NCBI GenBank assembly: GCA_964386355.1 | Contig: CAYLQQ010000006.1 | Location: 2,088-66,087, forward strand | Reading direction: 5' to 3' | DNA: 64,000 bases | From: an uncultured Pseudomonadales bacterium | Lineage (GTDB): Bacteria > Patescibacteriota > Microgenomatia > UBA1400 > UBA1449 | Shown here: piece by piece, positions 56,716-64,000 of the stretch | Position numbering within the stretch: the first letter of the stretch is position 1 | Layout of the letters: each line of letters opens with the position of its first letter | Program-made: the position numbers and the translations under genes | Notes under the pieces: generated by a model | Database searches by the model: none | Told to the model about the DNA's origin: nothing | What the model saw: the letters and a program-made list of their open reading frames with translations, nothing else

Positions 56716-57072
56716 ATCCCTGACGCACTACCTTACGAATTTGTCCATGAAATTCAAAACTCGCTGCCGAATCTTGTAATCGTATATGTCAAACCCAATG
56801 AAGACCTGCCGTTTGACAACCATGAACATGCCGTACTGATTGATACAGTAGTTGGAATTACAGATATTACTATAATTACTGATGAAAATATTGATAAGAT
56901 TCAACTTCCGCCCCGTTATTCAGCTCATGATTTTGATTTAGGTTTCCAACTTAAGTATTTAAAAAAATTAGGAAAAATTGATTCATTCTTAATTATTGGT
57001 ATACCCATGGGTTTAGATAAATCCCCAGTAGCTGTTAATAGAATTATAAGTCTTATAATTAAGGCTAGTTAA
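56677..57072 (+). CDS. Hydrogenase maturation protease-like protein (HybD/HycI family, divergent)
   Basis: The likely start is the ATG at 56677 (MPKKIYIFGNPDHIPDALPYEFVHEI); the track begins at 56623. The pattern IxxGN...D.......L, a later Asp, and a His (SAHDFDLG) parallel the HybD metal-binding residues. The canonical GDDGxG is absent. It lies next to the hydrogenase genes. Confidence 0.45.
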   Translation: MPKKIYIFGNPDHIPDALPYEFVHEIQNSLPNLVIVYVKPNEDLPFDNHEHAVLIDTVVGITDITIITDENIDKIQLPPRYSAHDFDLGFQLKYLKKLGKIDSFLIIGIPMGLDKSPVAVNRIISLIIKAS

Positions 57073-57081
57073 ATAAGAAGT

Positions 57082-60000
57082 TTATCTCTTCCTCTTCCCT
57101 AAGACAGCCATAGCTCCAATAGCTGCTATGGCTAGGAGAATACCAATCAGCTGGACATAGACTGGTACAAAACCAGACTTTGGAAGCTCAGGTGCTTTAG
57201 GAACGGTTGGACTGCAGCTGCAGTCATTCTCTTTAGGACACTCTACGTTCACACATTTACTCTCACCTTCTACACTACGGCACACAAGAGGACTTTGACA
57301 CTGCGCATTGACTGAGCAGCTGTGATAACAACTGTAGGGAGGTGTAGCTTGAGGAACAGGACTGGGGTTGGGGGTTGGCGTGGGTGTGATAGTTGGAGTT
57401 TGCACTGGAGCGTTTGATACTACACACGATACTCCTTGTCTGTAATAACCCTGAGTACAGATATACGTACACCTTACATCACCCGTACAGGCATCTGCAA
57501 GCCTCACAGCAGTATTAGCAGTAAGACCAGCCAAATAGTTGGAACAGGGTTGAGAATGAGCTGGAACAGAACCTATACAGGTGTAGGACTGGGACGGAAG
57601 TTGACAACTACCACTAATGAGCTGATAACCAGAATTACAGGTATATTCACATTTTCTGTTTGCAGTACAAGCTGGGACAAGAGTTTTGGGTAAATTAGCA
57701 GTAAGGCCCTGTGAGTCGCCTGAGCACAGTTGGGCATAGGTTGGGGTTTGACCAGTACAGGTAAAGTCTATGCCTCCGCTACTGGGAATACAGGTCCCAC
57801 TGCTGCAGCTGGTACCAGTAGCGCAGGGTGCCTGGTTTACCCAACGGTTACTAGTACATAATTGGGGAATACCAGTTGTACTGCACCGCATTGATCCGTT
57901 ACTTGGACAGTAGTTTTCAATTGTCATACAAATACCATTGCCTGTGCACTCCTCACCCTGGGAACAGGCTACAGCTGATTCCCAGGCTGTTCCTTGAGTG
58001 TTACATACTTGATAGCTGGATTGGGAAGCACAGCGTTTCTGCTGAGGGGTACAAACAGAACCTGAGACAGGAACACAGGCACCATTCTCACACACCTGTG
58101 ATGAAGTACAGGAATTCTGGTTTGTCCACTGATTGTTAGTACAAGTTTGAGGAGTATTGCCTGTACAGCGGGGAGCACTACCACTGGCACAGTAGTTGGG
58201 AATAGCTTGGCAGGTAAATGTAGTAGTAGAACAGACACTTCCTGATGTACAAGTACTAGACACTACCCATCCCTTACGATCACTACTACAAGTTTCAATA
58301 TTCCCGTTACTACATCGTTTGGCTCCACTACTGCATGCATAAGAGTGGCAACTCCCAGATAAGCAGTACGTATCAGACTGGGTACAGTCTGTTCTTGTCA
58401 CCCACTGATTGTTAGTACAAGTTTGAACTATGCTACCCTGACAACGGGTAGCGTTTGTAGTACAAACGAAAGGAGTTGGATTAGATGTGGGAGTTAGAGT
58501 GGGGGTAGGATATGGAGTATTACCCGAATAAATCGGAACATTTGTCAACATTGCTTTATTTAAAAAACCTGGACAAAACCCAACTCCATATTGTGCCACA
58601 TTAATCTCTGATGATGAGCAGTTCGGATCCTGATCAGTAGGGTTAAAGTAATACTGATTACTAGACAAACCATTACCTACAGATACAGGAGGATCAGTAA
58701 AGAAACTACTTTGAAGACATAGGTAACTACTCTTATCTGAAACAATCCCACCTTTTATGGCGTTAATTATTGCTTGTTTTCCATCTTCCTCTTTTCCTTT
58801 CCAGTAAATTAATTTTGAAAAATTATTGGGATGATCTGGCTCATATCCATGAGCTCCTACGTTTTGATACCTACTGAAATTACCATTTTGCATCTTAGAG
58901 TCCCGCGGTCCCCAGCCATTAAACTTTAACCAAATGTTTGATTGATATGTTGAATCCATCCAAATTTCAAGTATTTTCCCAACCCTGCCAGTTGCAGACA
59001 ACCCATTGCCTCTTTGCCATACCACAGGAGTTGGCGCGAAGATTTCTACGTAGCTAGTTATGATCTGCTTCATTGCCTGAATAAAGTAATCATCAAACAC
59101 AAAGCATTCTGAATTATTCACTGAATCCAAAGGACATTTGAGCTGGTCAGATTCTGTACATACCTCAACTTTATTTCCAGGTACTAAATTACTAGGATTA
59201 CACGTGCTTCTCTTAGCAACAATATCGCTGGCTACTTGTTGGACTGAAAGAGTGGGATAATGTTGTTTTTGTACATATTTTGCCAGCGACAAAACTGCCG
59301 GACAATCTGGATTAAGTACGTCAGGCAAGCAGCTGCAACTTGGATTTTTGCGAGAGGGGTCGCAGTAGGCTGGACATTTTGAGCTTAAAACACATTCGCC
59401 TGACTCACCACCCGACATCATTTGAATAGCTTCAACTACCCCATCATCAATATCCTGTTGAAACTCCTGTTTCATAGCCCGTAAGGCATTAGCATAGTAG
59501 TCTTGAAATAAGGGATCCCATACGGCAGCAATTTTTGTCGGGAACTGAATATGGGTAGTGCCTTCTGGTGGAGTTGTACTGCCTGAAGCTGGTAGAGTCA
59601 ACTCAGTAAAGCTATTACTTCCTGGTGATGTCTCTTTTAAATACTTAGCTTCGCTAACATCAACAAACTGAGAGTTTGGCCATACAGGTTTAACGCTATT
59701 TTTAAGGTTATTAGGGTCATACCATACGTAACGTGACTTGTTGCGGTAGACGTTTAGATCTCCGCACCCGGCAGATATATACGTTTCTATTCCTTTATTT
59801 ATTGCCCACTTAGGGACATTATGTTCTTTATTTGACTTATCCCCTACTTGAATTTGAAGCATTACTTTCTTACCTAAAGACCTCGCCTTATCTACCTCAC
59901 TTCGTTTCTGGCTAAAATTATATGTCCCCTCTTGTGGTTCGATAGCTGCCCAGCTATCACCAGCACCATTACTAAAATCAAAGTACGTGGAGGATGAATA

Positions 60001-60213
60001 ACCCCATCGTATACCACTATTTGTATTAAATGATCCATATGTACCGTGACATTGACCTAAGCCTAAGCCTTGATTAGCTTGATAAAAGATTTCTGCTTGT
60101 TTGCTTCTAAATTGCGAAATACCTATCGATATACCAAGTATAATCACACTTGCTATGAAAATATATATAGAAATCAGCTGCTTAATTGGTGATAACGGAG
60201 ATATTTTCTTCAT
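57082..60213 (-). CDS. Large surface protein: N-terminal anchor, GH-clan-A-like glycosidase domain, tandem Cys-rich repeats, Pro/Thr linker, LPKSG sorting signal
   Basis: 1043 aa. N-terminal TM IYIFIASVIILGISIGI. WAAIEPQEGTYNF matches the WxxxEPxEGxYxF pattern of GH42/GH35-type TIM-barrel glycosidases. There are about five ~45-aa repeats of CxxxxxRCxxxxxQxCTNNQWxxxxxCxxxxxCxxGxC plus two longer Cys repeats containing GLTAN. Linker PVQTPTITPTPTPNPSPVPQATPP. C-terminal LPKSG, then a hydrophobic helix and KRKR tail. Confidence 0.7.
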   Translation of the reverse strand: MKKISPLSPIKQLISIYIFIASVIILGISIGISQFRSKQAEIFYQANQGLGLGQCHGTYGSFNTNSGIRWGYSSSTYFDFSNGAGDSWAAIEPQEGTYNFSQKRSEVDKARSLGKKVMLQIQVGDKSNKEHNVPKWAINKGIETYISAGCGDLNVYRNKSRYVWYDPNNLKNSVKPVWPNSQFVDVSEAKYLKETSPGSNSFTELTLPASGSTTPPEGTTHIQFPTKIAAVWDPLFQDYYANALRAMKQEFQQDIDDGVVEAIQMMSGGESGECVLSSKCPAYCDPSRKNPSCSCLPDVLNPDCPAVLSLAKYVQKQHYPTLSVQQVASDIVAKRSTCNPSNLVPGNKVEVCTESDQLKCPLDSVNNSECFVFDDYFIQAMKQIITSYVEIFAPTPVVWQRGNGLSATGRVGKILEIWMDSTYQSNIWLKFNGWGPRDSKMQNGNFSRYQNVGAHGYEPDHPNNFSKLIYWKGKEEDGKQAIINAIKGGIVSDKSSYLCLQSSFFTDPPVSVGNGLSSNQYYFNPTDQDPNCSSSEINVAQYGVGFCPGFLNKAMLTNVPIYSGNTPYPTPTLTPTSNPTPFVCTTNATRCQGSIVQTCTNNQWVTRTDCTQSDTYCLSGSCHSYACSSGAKRCSNGNIETCSSDRKGWVVSSTCTSGSVCSTTTFTCQAIPNYCASGSAPRCTGNTPQTCTNNQWTNQNSCTSSQVCENGACVPVSGSVCTPQQKRCASQSSYQVCNTQGTAWESAVACSQGEECTGNGICMTIENYCPSNGSMRCSTTGIPQLCTSNRWVNQAPCATGTSCSSGTCIPSSGGIDFTCTGQTPTYAQLCSGDSQGLTANLPKTLVPACTANRKCEYTCNSGYQLISGSCQLPSQSYTCIGSVPAHSQPCSNYLAGLTANTAVRLADACTGDVRCTYICTQGYYRQGVSCVVSNAPVQTPTITPTPTPNPSPVPQATPPYSCYHSCSVNAQCQSPLVCRSVEGESKCVNVECPKENDCSCSPTVPKAPELPKSGFVPVYVQLIGILLAIAAIGAMAVLGKRKR
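57085..57186 (-). other. Cell-wall sorting signal (LPKSG + hydrophobic segment + KRKR)
   Basis: C-terminal ELPKSGFVPVYVQLIGILLAIAAIGAMAVLGKRKR has the tripartite architecture of sortase substrates, with a variant pentapeptide LPKSG. Confidence 0.5.
57300..58480 (-). repeat. Tandem coding repeats (Cys-rich CTNNQW-type modules) within the surface protein gene
   Basis: Repeated protein modules (CTNNQWVTRTDC..., CTNNQWTNQNSC..., CTSNRWVNQAPC...) are visible in the translation. The nucleotide level shows corresponding diverged repeats (e.g. repeated cccactgattgttagtacaagtttg at ~58120 and ~58400 on the plus strand). Confidence 0.5.
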
Positions 60214-60258
60214 CTATACCTACTATAGTAGAGGAAAAGTACATCTAGCACAAATACC

Positions 60259-61560
60259 TTACTTTCTGTCCCACTCGATTTTTAGAAAGTTTGTAGCGCA
60301 GGACATGCAGGGATCATAGGCGCGGACAATCTGCTCTGCTTCCAGTTTTAAAATTGCCTCCTCTTTATGAAGATTCTCATTAAAATATTTTTTTAGGTCA
60401 TTTTCGATATTAATCTGATTTTGGGAAGTAGGTACAATCACATCATAATCTACAAGAATACCATTATCATCAGTCTTAGCCATATGGTATAAAATCCCCC
60501 TAGGTGCTTCAACCACTCCCACTCCAATACCAGCTTTATGAGTAGGTTGGGCTGGCTTTTCATCAGTAATACTGATATCTTTAAGAATATCAATAGCACT
60601 ATCAACACTATTTAAAATTTCTATTGCCTGAGCTAGATTGTTGTCATAAATATTGTCTGAGGGGAAAAATCCCAGATACTGACTAGCATCACGCCTAGTG
60701 CGCTCGTGCAGTTGATCCCGGTTAAGGTTTAGCCTGGCAAGAGAGCCTACTAAATAATCATCATGTTTGCTTGCCAATTTGTAACCTTCAGCATGTGAAT
60801 AGGGAATTACAACTTTTTCCAGCATTTCATAAAAATTCTGTTCGGGAACACAGAGCCCGTCGGTAGTTGTAATATCCCCGTTAATATAATCCCATCCCTG
60901 CCTACCTCGTAAACACATGTAGTCACTATTTCGTTTAAACTCAGCTTTCCAGTCATAAAAGACTCCAATACCCCTAATCACCTGAGGCCGCACCGCTTCC
61001 AATCTGTCGATAAGTGCCGGAAACTGACTACTATCTGGCTGCTTTAGAAAACCTCCTACTGTCGGTAGAGGGGCATGTATAGCAGCTCCGATAATGGCAT
61101 TGGCTATATCACTCCCCAAGCGCTTAATATCAAATGAGTCGTGCAAAAGCTGGTGACCCTTGTCATCAGAACTATCAGGAATATCCAAAATTGAATCAAT
61201 TCCCAGTACATCCGGTAAAACAAAAAAGTATAGATGTAGGGCATGATCGCGGATCATGAGAGCATCATAGGCCAGATGGCGTAGTAATTTCGTCTGCTCT
61301 GAAATTTCTATGCCCATGGCTTTTTCTATTGCTTCCAAAGAGGCAAACAGGTGGGAAACCGAGCATGTCCCGCATATGCGGGATAAAAATTGTGGAGCAG
61401 CCACTGCGGGCTTTTTTTGGACAGCTTTTGTGTAAAAGCGCCTGTAATCCTGGATAAAAAATTTTAGGTCCGTTACTGCACCATCTCTCACAGTAACTTT
61501 CATTCCTGCAGAGCCTTCAATTTTTGTAATCTGGTCAATCGTAATATCGCCTGAATGCAT
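60259..61560 (-). CDS. [NiFe]-hydrogenase large subunit
   Basis: 433 aa. N-terminal L1 motif RICGTCSVSH (RxCGxCxxxH). C-terminal L2 motif DPCMSCATNF (DPCxxC), followed by a short tail LKIEWDRK. The canonical His/Arg after the second Cys pair is Asn here. Confidence 0.82.
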   Translation of the reverse strand: MHSGDITIDQITKIEGSAGMKVTVRDGAVTDLKFFIQDYRRFYTKAVQKKPAVAAPQFLSRICGTCSVSHLFASLEAIEKAMGIEISEQTKLLRHLAYDALMIRDHALHLYFFVLPDVLGIDSILDIPDSSDDKGHQLLHDSFDIKRLGSDIANAIIGAAIHAPLPTVGGFLKQPDSSQFPALIDRLEAVRPQVIRGIGVFYDWKAEFKRNSDYMCLRGRQGWDYINGDITTTDGLCVPEQNFYEMLEKVVIPYSHAEGYKLASKHDDYLVGSLARLNLNRDQLHERTRRDASQYLGFFPSDNIYDNNLAQAIEILNSVDSAIDILKDISITDEKPAQPTHKAGIGVGVVEAPRGILYHMAKTDDNGILVDYDVIVPTSQNQINIENDLKKYFNENLHKEEAILKLEAEQIVRAYDPCMSCATNFLKIEWDRK

Positions 61561-61646
61561 GAATTAGAAATTAGGAATTAAGAATTTGGAATTATGGTTT
61601 TAAAAAACATCCATAATTCAGTATTCATTCTTCATAATTCATTTTT

Positions 61647-62150
61647 TTACTCAATTACTCCACAAATTTTCAAATACTTATTTACACCTGCTAAAAACAT
61701 GTCCTTATTCATTGGACAGCCCGGTACCTTATCATCTACCGTAATCACTTCGTCCAGCTTTTTTACTTTTGAAGCATAATCAAATCTGGCAAAATAATCT
61801 CGTATTTTGTCATCTATTTTCCCTTCAGCTTCAAATGAGTTACGTGATGCGCTGGGCATACCGGACACGGCACAGGAACCAATCGCCAGTACGTATTTGC
61901 TATTTGCTCGTATTTCTTTAAGCTCTTCTTCTTTTGATAGTGATGAAATTGCTCCTTCGACAATAGCCAGATCCAAGCCTTCAAGCCGATTATTGGTCCT
62001 CAATGCTTTAATATGCCGAAATTCTACCAAAGGTAACCATTGCAGCAAATAGTCATTGAGAATTTCAGTTAACAGTATTGAGCAGCCTTCGCAGCAGGTA
62101 AACGAGAAGAGACCAACCACTAATTTCTTTTTTGGGACAACTTCAGACAT
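61647..62150 (-). CDS. [NiFe]-hydrogenase small subunit (minimal, proximal-cluster only; NuoB-like)
   Basis: 167 aa. Four Cys in spacing typical of the proximal [4Fe-4S] cluster (FTCCEGC ... GSCA ... GCP). No Tat signal and no medial/distal cluster domain. Confidence 0.72.
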   Translation of the reverse strand: MSEVVPKKKLVVGLFSFTCCEGCSILLTEILNDYLLQWLPLVEFRHIKALRTNNRLEGLDLAIVEGAISSLSKEEELKEIRANSKYVLAIGSCAVSGMPSASRNSFEAEGKIDDKIRDYFARFDYASKVKKLDEVITVDDKVPGCPMNKDMFLAGVNKYLKICGVIE

Positions 62151-62255
62151 AGTATCATTATCGGTAATTTATCCCTGTTTGTGAAGGGGTAAATGGGATA
62201 CAATCGCTGGATAGCGCGAATGATATTCAATCTCTTATATTCGTATAACCATCCT

Positions 62256-62474
62256 ATGTGCCTAGCCATTCCAGGCCAAATAATCAATATCGCCGGCCGA
62301 AAAGCAACCATTAAGTACCCAAATGTTATCAACTACGCTTTAATCTCTGATGAGAACGTGTCAGTAGGTGATTGGGTACTAGTGCAAATGGGAATTATTA
62401 TCCAGAAGTTGGATGCAAATGAAGCTGATAAACGTATAAGTAGTTGGCAATCTCAACCTACCACCAAGGATTAA
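62256..62474 (+). CDS. hypC: Hydrogenase maturation factor HypC/HybG
   Basis: The likely start is at 62256 (MCLAIPGQIINI; Met-Cys N-terminus is the HypC hallmark). The track ORF begins at 62193. Confidence 0.78.
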   Translation: MCLAIPGQIINIAGRKATIKYPNVINYALISDENVSVGDWVLVQMGIIIQKLDANEADKRISSWQSQPTTKD

Positions 62475-63516
62475 TCCAGCCGGTCCATAGGCGTATTACA
62501 AGAGCATCGTAGCGGTGAATGAAGGCTTTTCGCTCTTTTTTTAATGCTTCCTTTTGGGCATTCTCTAATTCTTTGCTTGTAGTAGCTCCCAATATTACGC
62601 CATCAGCAAACTCTAGGTACGATTCATTTTGTGATTGAGTTTGTAACGATACGCCAGAATGCTTTAAGTACATTTTTTCTTGTTCTTGAAGTTTTTCTTT
62701 TGGAATTGACTCATTAACAACATCAAATGTTATGGAGTAATTTTCTTGTAATAAGTTTGTCGCTTTACCATCATTTGCCAAAACTGCACTGGTCGGTAAA
62801 AAATATACTCCCAGTAAGCCTGATTGTTTTGTTTTCAGTAAAGCTGTAGCAAAAACACCTCGATCTCCCATAAATCCTGGATTTGGTAAACCACCACTTA
62901 TACGACCATACCCTTTGTCATTATCGATCTGTTTTTGAATAAAAATGTTCGCAAATGATCCGTCTAATGTAAAATCTAGAAGTTCAAATGATTTTGGATC
63001 AAAACCTATATCTGCTTGAACAGCGTTTACTGAGGTTTTCACTTGCTCTAGCTCAATAGGCATAGGAATAATTTCTCCTATGTAATAGTGTTTACTACCA
63101 GCTGATTCTATGAACGCAACTTCACCATTATTTGCTTCCTTGTCCTTATTAAGCGGATTAATTGCAACCAGACCAAGTGCAAGAAGTTCTATGTAAACAA
63201 ACATAAGTGAGGCTAACGAAACTACAATAATGAAACTAATATTTTTTATTGTGGATTTGACTTGAACAGGCCAATGGGGCAAATTGGGAACAACTCTTGC
63301 ATTACACCATACACAATAATCTTTGGTTTTGCTCATCATGGGATATATACACGGAACCATCTGATGTTTAAGTGACCATAAAATCCAATATAGGGGTGCC
63401 ACTAACAGACCAACAAGGGCAAAAATGTGAATCAGAAGCCAAAGTGCTACTAGTAATAGTACCCCTATAAAAAGTTTTCGATATGGTATATTTTTTAAAT
63501 TATCTGGTATTTTCAT
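62458..63516 (-). CDS. Hypothetical membrane protein with large extracytoplasmic domain
   Basis: 352 aa. Two N-terminal TM helices, a Cys-containing loop (CIYPMMSKTKDYCVWC), a third TM, then a ~230-aa soluble domain. No motif. Confidence 0.45.
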   Translation of the reverse strand: MKIPDNLKNIPYRKLFIGVLLLVALWLLIHIFALVGLLVAPLYWILWSLKHQMVPCIYPMMSKTKDYCVWCNARVVPNLPHWPVQVKSTIKNISFIIVVSLASLMFVYIELLALGLVAINPLNKDKEANNGEVAFIESAGSKHYYIGEIIPMPIELEQVKTSVNAVQADIGFDPKSFELLDFTLDGSFANIFIQKQIDNDKGYGRISGGLPNPGFMGDRGVFATALLKTKQSGLLGVYFLPTSAVLANDGKATNLLQENYSITFDVVNESIPKEKLQEQEKMYLKHSGVSLQTQSQNESYLEFADGVILGATTSKELENAQKEALKKERKAFIHRYDALVIRLWTGWINPWW

Positions 63517-64000
63517 CGATCAACATGATACATGAGTAATGAAAAGTCCTTTACAGTACACACTCCATCTTTATTAAGATCGCACGCTAAATCTGTATTG
63601 GGCTCAATAACTTGAGATAGACTGGGGTTTTGTTGCTTTTTCCATTCTGACACCCAATCCTTGACTGAAGTATATACTTCTTTTCGTTCAATCTTGCCGC
63701 TATTATCAACATCAAACAACTTAAACTCCAGCGGTAGCTGACTGATTTGACCAGTTTTTCCAGAATCTTGCTCGGGTTGGGTAATCTTGCTATACGGTGA
63801 TGGGGCAGCCACTGTCCGGGGTAAAGGAGAATTGTACGGGCGAGGAGAAGCAGAAACTGTTGCTGCTACGGGACTAGCTGTCACAATAGCAGTTGGAGTA
63901 GGTGTAATACCTGGTGTTGGACTGGGAGTTGAGGTTGGATTGAGTGTATTAGTTGGGCTAGAAGTCGGAGCTGGTGTAGGTGAGCGTGTTGGCTGAGTAG
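63513..64000 (-). CDS. Partial CDS (N-terminus beyond right edge): Pro/Thr-rich linker plus C-terminal dockerin-type module
   Basis: The track start at 63884 is a GTG, but the frame stays open to the window edge (upstream translation ...PTSSPTNTLNPTSTPSPTPGITPTPTAI-VTASP...). The C-terminus has two Ca-binding dockerin-like repeats, DVDNSGKIERKEV and DLNKDGVCTVKDFSLL. Confidence 0.55.
   Translation of the reverse strand, partial: TQPTRSPTPAPTSSPTNTLNPTSTPSPTPGITPTPTAIVTASPVAATVSASPRPYNSPLPRTVAAPSPYSKITQPEQDSGKTGQISQLPLEFKLFDVDNSGKIERKEVYTSVKDWVSEWKKQQNPSLSQVIEPNTDLACDLNKDGVCTVKDFSLLMYHVDR

Noticed and set aside
1-64000. CRISPR arrays, tRNA/rRNA genes, transposases or integrases
   Set aside because: No regularly spaced direct repeats, no cloverleaf-like GC-rich 75-nt segments in the intergenic gaps examined, and no transposase/integrase-like ORFs were seen. 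The window appears to be core chromosome with lineage-specific surface-protein genes, not a classical mobile island.

Overview
This is a gene-dense, low-GC (~35-40%) window. Most genes are on the minus strand, operons are tightly coupled with frequent start/stop overlaps, and ribosome-binding sites are Shine-Dalgarno-like. The gene content suggests a small-genome anaerobic, Gram-positive-like bacterium, possibly CPR/Patescibacteria-like: two class-A PBPs, an L,D-transpeptidase, an LPxTG-like sorting signal and a dockerin module, alongside fermentative metabolism (2-oxoacid:ferredoxin oxidoreductase, ADP-forming acetyl-CoA synthetase, flavodiiron protein, a minimal [NiFe] hydrogenase). I found no rRNA, tRNA, CRISPR array or transposase.

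Recognisable content, in order:
- nrdR, a class II (B12) ribonucleotide reductase, and a second RNR-like N-terminus at the window edge.
- Two tandem class-A PBPs.
- gpmA, gap and rpiB, with a LOG-family protein.
- An operon of Fic, ATP-dependent DNA ligase and an orphan 512-aa protein.
- ldt, nnr, recF and fpg.
- A complete suf operon (Rrf2, sufC, sufB, short sufD, an HExxxH protein, sufS, a membrane protein, sufU, DUF1858).
- SIMPL, PAP2, YibE/F-like and ThpR genes.
- A GT-C glycosyltransferase pair.
- ADP-forming acetyl-CoA synthetase, a flavodiiron protein, a TrmB regulator and an FNR-like reductase.
- A giant alpha-2-macroglobulin overlapping a Memo-like gene.
- korA and korB separated by inserted genes.
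- A DMT transporter.
- A large Cys-rich, sortase-signal surface protein with a glycosidase-like domain.
- Two-subunit [NiFe] hydrogenase genes with hypC and a protease-like gene.
- A dockerin-module protein at the right edge.

The most unusual item is a 129-aa intein-type Hint (bacterial intein-like, BIL) domain. It sits in the 1726-aa A2M-family protein (thioester CVEQ intact) roughly where the bait region is expected. It has a canonical Cys1 and a terminal His-Asn, but Gln rather than Cys/Ser/Thr at +1. That predicts autoproteolysis rather than splicing.

Other leads:
- The Fic / ligase / unknown 512-aa operon.
- The split kor locus.
- The Cys-repeat, LPKSG-anchored surface protein.
- The minimal hydrogenase with a non-canonical large-subunit C-terminus.
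- The dockerin module.

A few coordinates I counted by hand may be off by 1 nt relative to the ORF track.
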